DNA from: Spirochaetia bacterium
GTDB taxonomy: Bacteria; Spirochaetota; Spirochaetia; UBA9216
Length of the DNA stretch: 64,000 nt
Direction: 5' to 3'
Assembly (NCBI GenBank): GCA_965140585.1
Contig: OZ223272.1
Coordinates: forward strand, 32,001-96,000
The position numbers and the translations under genes are program-made. The notes under the pieces are model-generated. The model was not told the origin of the DNA and made no database searches. It saw only the letters and a list, made by a program, of their open reading frames with translations. Shown in pieces: positions 40,418-50,930 of the stretch; the first letter of the stretch is position 1, and each line of letters begins with the position of its first letter.

Positions 40418-42850
40418 ATGAAAACAATTAATAAAATAGAAGAAACTCTTGCAAGACTGACACTTGAAGAGAAAGCTCTGCTTTGTTCCGGTTCAGGCTC
40501 ATGGCACCTACGGGGTATAGAACACGCCGGAATTCCGGAAATCCAGATCTGCGACGGCCCTCATGGTTTACGCAGACAGAATGAAACCGGAGGCGGAGCG
40601 GTGCTGGCCAAAAGCGATCCGGCAACATGCTTTCCTACCGCGGCGGCTCTTGCTGCAAGCTGGAACCGTGAGCTCCTGCGCATTGTCGGGTCTGCGATTG
40701 CTGAAGAATGTATTGCTTCAGATGTTTCGGTAATTCTAGGTCCCGGTGCCAATATAAAGCGAAGTCCTCTCTGCGGCAGGAACTTTGAGTACTACTCTGA
40801 AGACCCCTTTCTGAGCGGAGAACTTGCTGCAGCACAGATCATTGGAACTCAGGAAAAGGGAATCGGTACATCCTTGAAGCACTATGCTGCAAATAATCAG
40901 GAATATCTCCGAATGACTATCGATGCTCTGGTTGATGAAAGGGCTCTGCACGAAATATATCTTTCAGGTTTTGAAAGAGCAGTCAAGCAGGCTGAACCAT
41001 GGACTGTGATGTGTGCATACAACAGCCTCAATGGAGACTTTGCAAGCGAGAACCATCGTCTGCTCACTGAAGTCCTTCGGAAAGACTGGGGTTTTAAAGG
41101 CAGCCTGGTAACGGACTGGGGAGCCTGCAATGACAGGGTAAAAGGCCTGGAAGCAGGCCAGGATATTGAGATGCCCTGGTCTGGTGATGACAATACAAAT
41201 GAGATAGTACGGGCGGTGAATGAGGGCCGGTTAGAGGAAGAACTGCTGGACCAGGCGGTAGGGAGAGTCCTTGAGCTTATATTCCGGTCTGATGAACAGA
41301 AAAAAAACTTCACAGTAAAAACAAATATCCTTGAGATCAATCATAAAATTGCAGCAGAGGCGGCGTCTGAGTGCATCATCCTTTTGAAGAATACAGGTTC
41401 TGTCCTCCCCCTCTCGCCCGATGATAAAATACTTGTATGCGGAGCTTTTGCCCGGGAGCCAAGATATCAGGGAGCCGGGAGTTCAAGAATAAATCCTTCA
41501 AAATTAACTCTCTTTATAGAAGAAATCAGAAAATCCTACCCCGAAGCTGTTTTTTCGGAGGGATACAGCGACAACAGCCTGAACGTCGATGATATGCTGA
41601 TAAGTGAAGCTGTCATCAAGGCAGGTGATGCAGATAAGATAATAGTAACAGCAGGTCTTCCGGATGAATTTGAATCGGAAGGATTTGACCGTGGTCATTT
41701 AAACCTGCCGGAAAGTCACAACAGGCTGATTTCCGAACTGGTGAAAACAGGCAAACCGGTAATTGTATGCCTCAGCAACGGCGGGCCGGTTGAAATGCCC
41801 TGGAACGGTGATGTGCAGGCGGTTGTTGAATGCTACCTGGCAGGTCAGGCCGGAGCCGAGGCACTTGTGAATATACTGACGGGCAAAGTTAATCCTTCCG
41901 GCAAGCTTGCAGAAACCTTCCCTGTAAAACTTTCGGACAGTCCATGTTATGAATATTTTCCCGGAGGACCTCGTCAGGTTGAGTACAGGGAATCGATTTA
42001 TGTCGGCTACCGTTATTACACAACAGCAGGAGTCGCTCCGCTTTATCCATTCGGGCACGGACTCTCTTATACCGGCTTCAGCTATGAAAAACTGTCGGTT
42101 ACTGCACTGGACACCGGGAAGCATGAATATCAGGTAAAAGTCAGAGTTAAAAACACAGGTTCATGTTATGGCAGGGAAACAGTTCAACTGTATGTCAAAC
42201 CGCCGAAATCTTTTATAGACCGTCCTGAAATTGAACTTAAAGGTTTTGAAAAGACAGGACTGGCTCCAGGTGAAGAGGCTGAACTTGTAATGAGCCTTGA
42301 TGAGCGGAGCTTTGCATATTTTTCAGCGATGAAAGGCCGCTGGATCACAATTACCGGCACCTATGAAATCCATATCGGGGCCTCATCGGAAGATATCCGG
42401 CTTAAGACTCAGATTGAAATAGACGGTGAGTCTCAGGAAGCTTCCACGGCGGATTCTGACAGATACAGGCGGATAAAAGACAATCCGAAAGATATTCACG
42501 GTATCAGCACTTCAGATTTCGAAAAGCGATACGGGAAACAGCTTCCTGAAAACCGCCTGCCGCCTCTGATAAACAGGAATACTACCCTGACAGATTTCAC
42601 AAGAACCTTGACCGGAAAACTCTTCATGATTGTAGTAAATAAGATGAACGGTTCTGTTGATGATATCGATGAAAACTCGGCCGGAATGTATGATGCCATG
42701 ACTAAAGAAATGCCGCTGCGCGGACTGGCATTTCTTGGAGGCGATATTCTGAACCTTGAGATGGTGGATGCCCTGATAGAAATGGGAAATGGAAAGTTTT
42801 TCAAGGGACTTTTCAGACTTATAAAAGCGTTTCTAAAAAACCGCAGATAG
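40418..42850 (+). CDS. Glycoside hydrolase family 3 (beta-glucosidase-like)
   Basis: DGPHGLR, GRNFEYYSEDP, KHYAAN, VTDWG, FGHGLSYT. Confidence 0.95.
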   Translation: MKTINKIEETLARLTLEEKALLCSGSGSWHLRGIEHAGIPEIQICDGPHGLRRQNETGGGAVLAKSDPATCFPTAAALAASWNRELLRIVGSAIAEECIASDVSVILGPGANIKRSPLCGRNFEYYSEDPFLSGELAAAQIIGTQEKGIGTSLKHYAANNQEYLRMTIDALVDERALHEIYLSGFERAVKQAEPWTVMCAYNSLNGDFASENHRLLTEVLRKDWGFKGSLVTDWGACNDRVKGLEAGQDIEMPWSGDDNTNEIVRAVNEGRLEEELLDQAVGRVLELIFRSDEQKKNFTVKTNILEINHKIAAEAASECIILLKNTGSVLPLSPDDKILVCGAFAREPRYQGAGSSRINPSKLTLFIEEIRKSYPEAVFSEGYSDNSLNVDDMLISEAVIKAGDADKIIVTAGLPDEFESEGFDRGHLNLPESHNRLISELVKTGKPVIVCLSNGGPVEMPWNGDVQAVVECYLAGQAGAEALVNILTGKVNPSGKLAETFPVKLSDSPCYEYFPGGPRQVEYRESIYVGYRYYTTAGVAPLYPFGHGLSYTGFSYEKLSVTALDTGKHEYQVKVRVKNTGSCYGRETVQLYVKPPKSFIDRPEIELKGFEKTGLAPGEEAELVMSLDERSFAYFSAMKGRWITITGTYEIHIGASSEDIRLKTQIEIDGESQEASTADSDRYRRIKDNPKDIHGISTSDFEKRYGKQLPENRLPPLINRNTTLTDFTRTLTGKLFMIVVNKMNGSVDDIDENSAGMYDAMTKEMPLRGLAFLGGDILNLEMVDALIEMGNGKFFKGLFRLIKAFLKNRR

Positions 42851-42882
42851 ACCCATCAGGTCAATCCTGATATTATTTAATT

Positions 42883-43527
42883 GTGAAGAAGGCAATTATA
42901 ATTATATTTTTAATAATACTCATACCAGCAACTGTTTTTGCACATCCGCATATGTTTATCGACATGAAACTAAAACCGGTTATAAGAGAAAGCTGTTTTG
43001 AAGGCGTTTATATATACTGGGTTTTTGATATGGTTTTTACCGGAAATGTACTGATGGACAACGGGATAGGATGGAAGGAAGAACTGACTCCAGGAGATAT
43101 AGAGATCATCAGAGACACTTCTTTCGTTAACCTAAAAAACTTCAACTATTTCACGTTCTTCAATATAGATGGAAAAATAAGTCCGGCTGAGAACTTTTCA
43201 GATTTCACGGCATTCATGACAGAGAACCGGCTCGGATATGAGTTTTTCCTTCCGGTAAACAATACCGAACCTGTCAAGCTCAGGGATGACGGTATGATTC
43301 GTGTCGCAGTTTATGATGAGAGTTTTTTCTGTGATATCGCATATATTAAAGAAGAGCCTGTTGTTGTTGATTCTGACGGCAGTTTTGATATTTCCTGGGA
43401 ACTATCCGAAAATAAGGATGCTCCGATCTTCTATGATAATTCAACCCAGATGGTCTCAAGAGAGGGTGCAGTCTATTCCGGCCAGACCTTTCCGACAGAG
43501 CTGATAATTGAGACAGCCGGCAGATAA
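42883..43527 (+). CDS. DUF1007-like periplasmic metal-binding protein
   Basis: Signal peptide followed by AHPHMFID; YDESFFCDI. Confidence 0.8.
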   Translation: MKKAIIIIFLIILIPATVFAHPHMFIDMKLKPVIRESCFEGVYIYWVFDMVFTGNVLMDNGIGWKEELTPGDIEIIRDTSFVNLKNFNYFTFFNIDGKISPAENFSDFTAFMTENRLGYEFFLPVNNTEPVKLRDDGMIRVAVYDESFFCDIAYIKEEPVVVDSDGSFDISWELSENKDAPIFYDNSTQMVSREGAVYSGQTFPTELIIETAGR

Positions 43528-43532
43528 TCATA

Positions 43533-44465
43533 ATGCCTGAAAAATCAGCAATATTCATCAGCATCATACTGATAGCCTTCTGCGCTGTTTTTTCAGCCGC
43601 CGCACAGCAGAACCCCTTCCTGTCCTCCACCTCAGAAAACGATCAGCTAGAGCCTGCAGAGACAAATAATTCATCCTCTGCATCCGGACAGATAAAAACG
43701 CCTGGATTCACGCTGCAGAATACAGAGCTGATGCAGAAAATAAAAACAGTCCAGAAAAAACTGCAGGCATCGATCTCCGGATTCATCGCTGATTATAAAT
43801 CAGGAAAAAACGAATCAGGACTCTGGTTGATTCTTCTATTATCGTTTGCCTACGGGTTTCTTCACGCTCTGGGGCCCGGACATCGCAAGGTGGTACTCTT
43901 TTCGTATTTTCTGACTTCCCCGTCAAAATGGAAAAAAGGAATGGCGGCAGGATTTCTGACAGCTGTACTGCATGCCTTTTCCGCAATCGTAATCATAGGC
44001 GGCCTCTACTTCATTACTGCAAAGGCTCTGTCCAGACGCTTTAATGACATCGCTCCGATGATAGAAAAGGCAAGCTATATCCTGGTACTTATTCTTGGCC
44101 TCTTCCTGCTTGTTACGTCCCTCGCGGAATATATCAAAAAGCGTCATAAAGCTGAAACCGATAACCGGAACATCATCTTCCTGATAATCATCTCGGGACT
44201 CGTCCCCTGCCCCGGCGCCGCCGCAATAATGATATTTTCATTCGGTTTCGGAGTTCCGCTGCTTGGAATACTCTCTGCATCTGCAATGTCTGCCGGAATG
44301 GGCGCCCTGCTCGCAATTATTCCTCCCGCAGCTGTAATTCTGCGGAACCGGGTATCGGCTATAGGAAAAGGGGACTTCGGCCTCAACCCGGAGCTTGCCC
44401 ATTTATTACTTACATCCGCCGGGGCCTTTATACTGATACTAAGCGGACTGTTTTTTCTAATTTAG
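43533..44465 (+). CDS. NicO/RcnA-like nickel/cobalt/zinc transporter
   Basis: YGFLHALGPGHRK, GLVPCPGA. Confidence 0.85.
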   Translation: MPEKSAIFISIILIAFCAVFSAAAQQNPFLSSTSENDQLEPAETNNSSSASGQIKTPGFTLQNTELMQKIKTVQKKLQASISGFIADYKSGKNESGLWLILLLSFAYGFLHALGPGHRKVVLFSYFLTSPSKWKKGMAAGFLTAVLHAFSAIVIIGGLYFITAKALSRRFNDIAPMIEKASYILVLILGLFLLVTSLAEYIKKRHKAETDNRNIIFLIIISGLVPCPGAAAIMIFSFGFGVPLLGILSASAMSAGMGALLAIIPPAAVILRNRVSAIGKGDFGLNPELAHLLLTSAGAFILILSGLFFLI

Positions 44466-44656
44466 AAAAGACCTGTTCAGCGGCATCAATTCCGGACTTG
44501 TATATGAAGCAGAAAAAGAGGCCGCTCTCAAATTCGCATCGCTGAATCAAAGCAGATAAGATTTTTCTAAATCGCCCGTCTTGAAACTTCACGCCTTATA
44601 TTGATAAGATTGCATAAAGAATTAGCATTTCATACAAAAACAAGAAGGCGAGTTTA

Positions 44657-46126
44657 ATGGATAAATACTTTCTTGGAATTGATAATGGCGGTACGGTATG
44701 CAAAGCTGGTGTATATCGTATTGACGGTACCGTAATGTCAATTGCCGGCAGAAAGGTTGAATTTTTTTACCCGGAACACGGCCATACCGAAAAAGATATG
44801 AGTGCATTCCGCGAATCAAACATAGCCGTAATGAGAGAAGCCCTAGAGACTAGCGGAGTTGCAGCAGATGATATAGCAGGTATTTCACAGACAGGATACG
44901 GTAACGGAATATATCTTGCAGGAGATGATGGCGAGCTTGTATATAATGGAATAATGTCTACGGATTCAAGGGCTGAATCATATATTGAGAAATGGCATAA
45001 AGATGGAACCTTCAATAAAATAAATGATAAAACCCTTCAATCGCTCTGGGCCGGCCAGCCTGTTGCTCTACTAAGGTGGTTCAAAGAACATAAACCCGAA
45101 ATAATTGAAAAAACCAAATGGGTTTTCATGTGCAAGGACTATGTCCGCTTTCTTCTCACAGGCGAAGCATATTCAGAAATAACAGATTATTCCGGAACCT
45201 GTCTTCTTAATCAAAAAACGGGTCAATTTGATTTAGAACTGCTGGAAGAATTCGGCCTTTCCGATATTTGTGAAAAACTTCCCCCGCTAAGAAGATCTAC
45301 AGATAACTGCGGATTTCTAATAACCGATGTTGCAAAGGAAACAGGCTTAAAAGAGGGAACACCGGTAGCTGCAGGTTTGTTTGATATCCATGCATGCGCC
45401 ATTGCCACAGGACTAACATCGGAGAAGGCTCTCACCGTAATTGCCGGAACATGGAGTATTAATGAATATATCAGCAGAGAACCTGTCGGAACCCATGAAA
45501 TATTCATGAACAGTACCTACTGCCTCCCGGGATACTGGCTGGTAACAGAGGCAAGCCCTACATCCGCATCAAATCTTGAGTGGTTTATGAAAAACCTTTT
45601 AGAAAGTGATGACTATGAATATGCCAGCCGTTTAGTTGATTCAGTTCGGCCTGAAGATTCTGAGCTTATTTTTTTTCCTTTTATATTTAAAAGCAATATT
45701 GCGACTGAAATGACATCCAGTTTTATAGGGCTTAAGGGCTGGCATGCAAGACCGCATCTGCTGAGAGCTGTGTTTGAGGGAGTTGTATTCGGACACAAAC
45801 TGCATATTGACAAGTTACTCAAATACAGGGACAAACCTGAGATAATTAAGATTTCGGGAGGAGCATCAAAGTCCGATGTCTGGGTACAAATGTTTGCAGA
45901 TATTTTAGATATACCGGTGCAGATTACCAGTGCAGAAGAACTGGGTACACTGGGTGCTGCAATGACAGCTGCTGTAGGTTCAGGATTTTATGCATCACTT
46001 TATGAAGCCGCAGAATCAATGGTTAAGATTTCAAAAACATTTTATCCTGACAGTTCACATACCAGGATATACAATCACAAATTTATATTATTCATGAAGT
46101 ACCTTGAAGCTGTGGGTTCTGTTTGA
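44657..46126 (+). CDS. FGGY carbohydrate kinase (L-xylulokinase-like)
   Basis: LGIDNGGT, CKDYVRF.LTGE, AGTWSINE, SGGASKS.VWVQMFAD. Confidence 0.9.
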   Translation: MDKYFLGIDNGGTVCKAGVYRIDGTVMSIAGRKVEFFYPEHGHTEKDMSAFRESNIAVMREALETSGVAADDIAGISQTGYGNGIYLAGDDGELVYNGIMSTDSRAESYIEKWHKDGTFNKINDKTLQSLWAGQPVALLRWFKEHKPEIIEKTKWVFMCKDYVRFLLTGEAYSEITDYSGTCLLNQKTGQFDLELLEEFGLSDICEKLPPLRRSTDNCGFLITDVAKETGLKEGTPVAAGLFDIHACAIATGLTSEKALTVIAGTWSINEYISREPVGTHEIFMNSTYCLPGYWLVTEASPTSASNLEWFMKNLLESDDYEYASRLVDSVRPEDSELIFFPFIFKSNIATEMTSSFIGLKGWHARPHLLRAVFEGVVFGHKLHIDKLLKYRDKPEIIKISGGASKSDVWVQMFADILDIPVQITSAEELGTLGAAMTAAVGSGFYASLYEAAESMVKISKTFYPDSSHTRIYNHKFILFMKYLEAVGSV

Positions 46127-46141
46127 TTATATATATGAAAA

Positions 46142-46159
46142 GTGCTGCAGCTGCAGCAC
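46142..46159. terminator. Palindrome between convergent genes
   Basis: GTGCTGCAGCTGCAGCAC perfect 18-bp palindrome. Confidence 0.45.
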
Positions 46160-46171
46160 ATAAACTTCAAA

Positions 46172-47234
46172 TTAATCTTCAGGATATAAAATAATTTTAA
46201 GTGCTTTTCTTTGTCTAACCAGGTCAAAGGCTTCCCTGAATTCAGATATGCCCATTTTATGAGAAATCATAGACTTAAGATCTATAATTCCTGCCTCCAG
46301 CAGGTTAATAGAATTTTTCCATGACAGCCAGTCATAACCAAAATGGCCCTTTATACTAACGCCTTTATCAATCACAGGATCAAGCGAGTAGGAAAAAGGA
46401 TTTGAATCATAGCCAATTTTAACAATTTCACCGCCGGCTCTTGTAATATCAACTGCCTTTCTAAGTACGGCATTTATCCCTGCCCCGTCAATGGTTAATG
46501 CAACACCTTCTCCATCTGTCAGTATATTTATCTTATCATCAACATCTTCTTTATCTGAAATGATTATATCTGTTGCTCCAAGTTTCTTTGCAATCTCAAA
46601 TCTCCCCGTATCAGAGGACAGACCGATAGCAATTATCCTGGAAGCACCTGCTACCTTCATAGCCTGAATACTGTTTAATCCTAAAGGACCGACACCAAAA
46701 ACCGCACCAACCTCTCCGGGAAGCATATTTGCTTCCTGACATACTGCTTTATATCCGTTACAGCATGGATCCAGGATAGCAGCCTCTTCAAAAGAGACAT
46801 TATCGGGTATACGAATCAGGCTCTGAGGAAAGACTTTAAGTGTATCTCCATAAATTTTAACGTATTTGGCAAAGCCTCCATCCATACCATAACCAAGCCC
46901 TAGACGATCCGGGCATACAAGATAATTCGCTGTTCCGCAGGCATAACACTTGCCGCAGACATAACCTGTATTATCGGATACTACCCTGTCACCGACTTTC
47001 CAGTCCCTGACATTTTTTCCTATCTCTGCTATAACTCCCGAAAACTCATGCCCAAGGATTACCGGCGGTCTAAGAAGATTTTCATGGCCGCCGTCATCAA
47101 AAGCAATATCAGTTCCGCAGGACACCTGCAGCCTTAACTTCGAGAAGTATATCGTCATCACCTATCGCCGGAATATTCCGCTCCCGAATTTCGGTTTCAC
47201 CCTTTCCATATCCATATTTTACAACTGCTTTCAT
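46172..47234 (-). pseudogene. Zinc-dependent alcohol/polyol dehydrogenase (YdjL-like), frameshifted
   Basis: ATG 47234 reads MKAVVKYG..EVKAAGV; one extra base at ~47120-21; then CGTD..GHEFSG, CGKCYAC, GVGPLG. Confidence 0.82.
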
Positions 47235-47291
47235 TTCTTCTTCCTGATTTAAAATAAATGGAGCTTCGGCCTGAACCGAAGCCCCTGAATA

Positions 47292-48248
47292 CTATTTTCC
47301 GAATGCTGCAAGATACTCCGCTACATTGGCCTGAGTAAGACCAATCATGTTGATGTAGTTTTCCTTAATCTCAGGTTTTCCGCCTCTGATAAGAGTTAAA
47401 GCTGCATCAAAAGCAAGACTTCCTTCAAGTTTTGCATCCTGAAATACTGTATATTCCATCTTGCCTTCATCAATTGCTTTACAGGCATCATAGATTGCAT
47501 CAATTCCAGTCACAATAACGTCATCAAGCATGCCTTCTGCCTCGAGAGCCTGAATAGCGCCCAGAGCCATCTCATCGTTATGAGCTATTACAGCATCAAT
47601 TTTTCCGCCGAAGTCCTGAATATAATTTTCCATCAGCTCCAATGCGCCTTCTCTTGTCCAGTTTGCAGTCTTGATATCAAGAGCTGTCACGCCTGGATGC
47701 GCATCGAGCATATTCTTCACGCCTTCTCTTCGGTCAACTGTTGCTGAATAACCTTCTGCTCCCTCGAGAACTATACAATTGAAATTTTCACCTAGCTGGC
47801 TGATTACATATTCAACCATCATCTCACCAGCTCTTACATCATCGGGACCTGCATAAGCATCAATCTTGTCCGTAGGAATTCTCATATTGACACCGACAAA
47901 GGGGATTCCCGCTTCATTTGCAGCTTCCACACCCTGAACCATTGAATAAACATCAGCAGCTCCGATAATGATCGCATCTACATCCTGAGCAATGAAGTTA
48001 TCAACATGTGATAACTGTGTTACAGCATCCCATTTTGCATCAAGTACTATAAGCTCAACACCTTCTTTATCCGCTTTCTCCTGCATTGCTTCTGTCATTA
48101 AAGTTGCGAACTCCGAAAGCCAGTAGATTGAATATCCGATTACTATTTTATCATCGCCGGCTGATTCCTGATCTCCTCCTGCAAATACTGATGCTGAACT
48201 GCACAGAAGTATTGCAACCATAAATAAAACGAACATTCCTTTTTTCAT
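47292..48248 (-). CDS. Sugar ABC transporter substrate-binding protein (RbsB-like)
   Basis: Signal peptide, AHNDEMALGA, GIDA. Confidence 0.92.
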   Translation of the reverse strand: MKKGMFVLFMVAILLCSSASVFAGGDQESAGDDKIVIGYSIYWLSEFATLMTEAMQEKADKEGVELIVLDAKWDAVTQLSHVDNFIAQDVDAIIIGAADVYSMVQGVEAANEAGIPFVGVNMRIPTDKIDAYAGPDDVRAGEMMVEYVISQLGENFNCIVLEGAEGYSATVDRREGVKNMLDAHPGVTALDIKTANWTREGALELMENYIQDFGGKIDAVIAHNDEMALGAIQALEAEGMLDDVIVTGIDAIYDACKAIDEGKMEYTVFQDAKLEGSLAFDAALTLIRGGKPEIKENYINMIGLTQANVAEYLAAFGK

Positions 48249-48352
48249 CCTAATACACTCCTTAACAAAATTTGTTTCTGTTCGATCAGTGATTAAAAAT
48301 CCTATGATTTATAAAATCACCCGTTTAATATTTTCAGATACCTCCTTTATTT

Positions 48353-49384
48353 TTATTCTTCACATCCCTCACGTCCAAAGAGGTCTTTGAAAGTATTGGA
48401 GATGTGTTTAAATAAATCCCTTTCATTCCTGACTGAATCTATCAGAACGGCAAATACAATAACACAGCCCTGAACAATCTGCTGAGTGTATGACTGTATA
48501 TTCATTAAATCCATTCCATTGGAAATTAGTCCGATAATCAGCACACCAATAACAGTTCCCCATATACTGCCCTTGCCACCGGCAAGACTTGTTCCGCCGA
48601 GTACAACGGCTGCAATAGCTTCCATTTCATATCCCTGTGCAACCTGAGGCAGTCCGGCACTAACCCTTGAAGTCAGAACCACTGAGGCAAGGCCGGTGAA
48701 AAAGCCGGCAAGGGTGTATACTCCCAGCTTCACAAGCCTTACATTTATACCCGAAATTTTTGCAGCATTTTCATTACCGCCTATTGCATATATGTACCGG
48801 CCGAATGATGTATAGGTTAGAATAATGAATGTAAATATAATCGCTACTATCAGTATCCATGTGGGCAGGGGCAGACCGAGAAATGAGCCCTTTCCTATTA
48901 CGAGAAATGATTTTATTACACCTGATACAGGCTTGCCATTTGAAAAAATAAAGGCACTTCCTCGGGCTATTGTCATCATTGCAAGTGTCATGATGAATGG
49001 AGCTATCTTTAGATAAGAGACAAAAAATCCTGACACTACACCGACAATCACCGCAAGGCCTATTGCCGCAGGAATTGCAAGCCACCAGTATGAATGTGCT
49101 TCGTTCGCAATCGTTGCTGCTACGACACTTGAAAAGGCAATAACAGAACCGACGCTTAAATCAATTCCTCCTGTCAGAATTACTAAAGTCATTCCGGTTG
49201 CAACAAGGCCGTTTATACTGACCTGCCGAAGGACATTAAGAAGATTCTTAGTCTTCAGAAAGGTATCTCCGGTAGTAATCACAAAAAAAGCAAATATAAC
49301 AGCCAGAACCAGCACCATATTATAATCAAGTAAAAGTCTTCCTATTGAAGAGTTATACCTTTTTGAACTCTCAATTTTAATCAC
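48353..49384 (-). CDS. Sugar ABC transporter permease (RbsC-like)
   Basis: GGIDLSVGS, YAIGGNENAAKISG, IAAVVLGGTSL. Confidence 0.93.
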   Translation of the reverse strand: MIKIESSKRYNSSIGRLLLDYNMVLVLAVIFAFFVITTGDTFLKTKNLLNVLRQVSINGLVATGMTLVILTGGIDLSVGSVIAFSSVVAATIANEAHSYWWLAIPAAIGLAVIVGVVSGFFVSYLKIAPFIMTLAMMTIARGSAFIFSNGKPVSGVIKSFLVIGKGSFLGLPLPTWILIVAIIFTFIILTYTSFGRYIYAIGGNENAAKISGINVRLVKLGVYTLAGFFTGLASVVLTSRVSAGLPQVAQGYEMEAIAAVVLGGTSLAGGKGSIWGTVIGVLIIGLISNGMDLMNIQSYTQQIVQGCVIVFAVLIDSVRNERDLFKHISNTFKDLFGREGCEE

Positions 49385-49402
49385 AATATCTCCTCCGAAA
49401 TT

Positions 49403-50905
49403 TCAACTTAAAGTTGCATAATGCATAATCTTTTCCTGAGTGATATCATCTGCTGATAATTCACCCATTGCTTCGCCCTCTCTCAGAACAAGAACCCTGT
49501 CGCACATTCCAATTACTTCCTCCATTTCGGAAGATATAAAAATTACAGCCTTTCCCTGCTCTGCCTGTTCAGAAATATGATGGTAGAAATCACTTTTTGC
49601 AGCTATATCAATTCCCCTTGTCGGCTCATCGAATATGATGATGTCACAGTCCCTTGACAGCCATTTGGAAAGAACGACCTTTTGTTGATTACCGCCGCTC
49701 AGGTTTTCCACATCCTGGGAAAGATTCGGCGTTTTGATTTTAAGAAGCTTTTTATATTTTTCAGATTCATCTGAAATCTTTCTCCAGTCCAGAAAAGCAA
49801 GCCTTTTTGATTTAAAGGATTTATGATTCGACAAAACAATATTATCCTTGATATTCATCCCCATTATCAGACCTTTAAGTTTTCTGTCATCAGTAATCAG
49901 ACCTATCCCGTTGCTTATTGCCTTAACCGGACTGGTTATTCTTTTTTTCTGACCTTTGATAATAAGAGAACCTTTTTCAATCTGATTAATACCGAATATT
50001 GCTTCAACAATTTCTGTTCTTCCGGCTCCCATTAATCCTGCAAGGCCAAGAATCTCTCCAGCTCTAACCTGAAAAGAAATATTCCTGAAAACACCCGGTA
50101 TTGAAATATCCTTTACTTCAAGCAGAACATCTCCGTCGCTATTCCGGTTTCGCTTCGGATACACATCAACTACATCTCTATCGACCATATGCTTAATCAG
50201 AACATTGCGTTCAACTTCTGTGTCATTAAAATGAGCAACTAGCTTTCCGTCCCGAAGAACCGTTATCTCGTCCGCAATTTCATATATCTCATCGAGTTTG
50301 TGGGATATATAAATTATGGAATGACCCTTGCTGATAATATTCCTGATCAGCTGAAATAAAACTTCTGTTTCTGTTTCTGTTATTGCTGAAGTCGGCTCAT
50401 CCATAATGAAGATTCTTGAATCATAGGATACAGCCTTGGCTATTTCACACATCTGCATTTCTGCAACTGTGAGGTCTCTCATTTTCTTTAACGGAGATAT
50501 GTTAAGACCTACTTCTGCAAGAAGTTTTTTTGTCTGTGAACTGTTTTGTTTCCTGTTAAGAAAAATATTTCCCTTACGCTTGAACTCACGGCCAAGGAAC
50601 ATATTTTCAGCTACCGTCATCTCCTGAACATTAATCATTTCCTGATGAATTATTGATATCCCGCATTCAATCGCATTCTTTCTGTTTGCAAATCTTCGCT
50701 TCTCACCATCGATAATCATTTCACCGGAATCAGCCTGGGTTTCACCCGCTAATATCTTCATCAGAGTTGATTTACCCGCACCGTTCTCCCCTAACAGTGC
50801 ATGAACAGTGCCGGGTCTTACACGGATAGAAACTTTATCCAGGGCCTGAACTCCAATATAGGATTTTGAAATATCACACATCTCCAGCAGATATTCATTC
50901 TTCAT
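49403..50905 (-). CDS. Sugar ABC transporter ATP-binding protein
   Basis: GENGAGKST, LSGGNQQK, DEPTRGID. Confidence 0.94.
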   Translation of the reverse strand: MKNEYLLEMCDISKSYIGVQALDKVSIRVRPGTVHALLGENGAGKSTLMKILAGETQADSGEMIIDGEKRRFANRKNAIECGISIIHQEMINVQEMTVAENMFLGREFKRKGNIFLNRKQNSSQTKKLLAEVGLNISPLKKMRDLTVAEMQMCEIAKAVSYDSRIFIMDEPTSAITETETEVLFQLIRNIISKGHSIIYISHKLDEIYEIADEITVLRDGKLVAHFNDTEVERNVLIKHMVDRDVVDVYPKRNRNSDGDVLLEVKDISIPGVFRNISFQVRAGEILGLAGLMGAGRTEIVEAIFGINQIEKGSLIIKGQKKRITSPVKAISNGIGLITDDRKLKGLIMGMNIKDNIVLSNHKSFKSKRLAFLDWRKISDESEKYKKLLKIKTPNLSQDVENLSGGNQQKVVLSKWLSRDCDIIIFDEPTRGIDIAAKSDFYHHISEQAEQGKAVIFISSEMEEVIGMCDRVLVLREGEAMGELSADDITQEKIMHYATLS

Positions 50906-50930
50906 TCAATCAAACACCTTCCCTTAAAAT

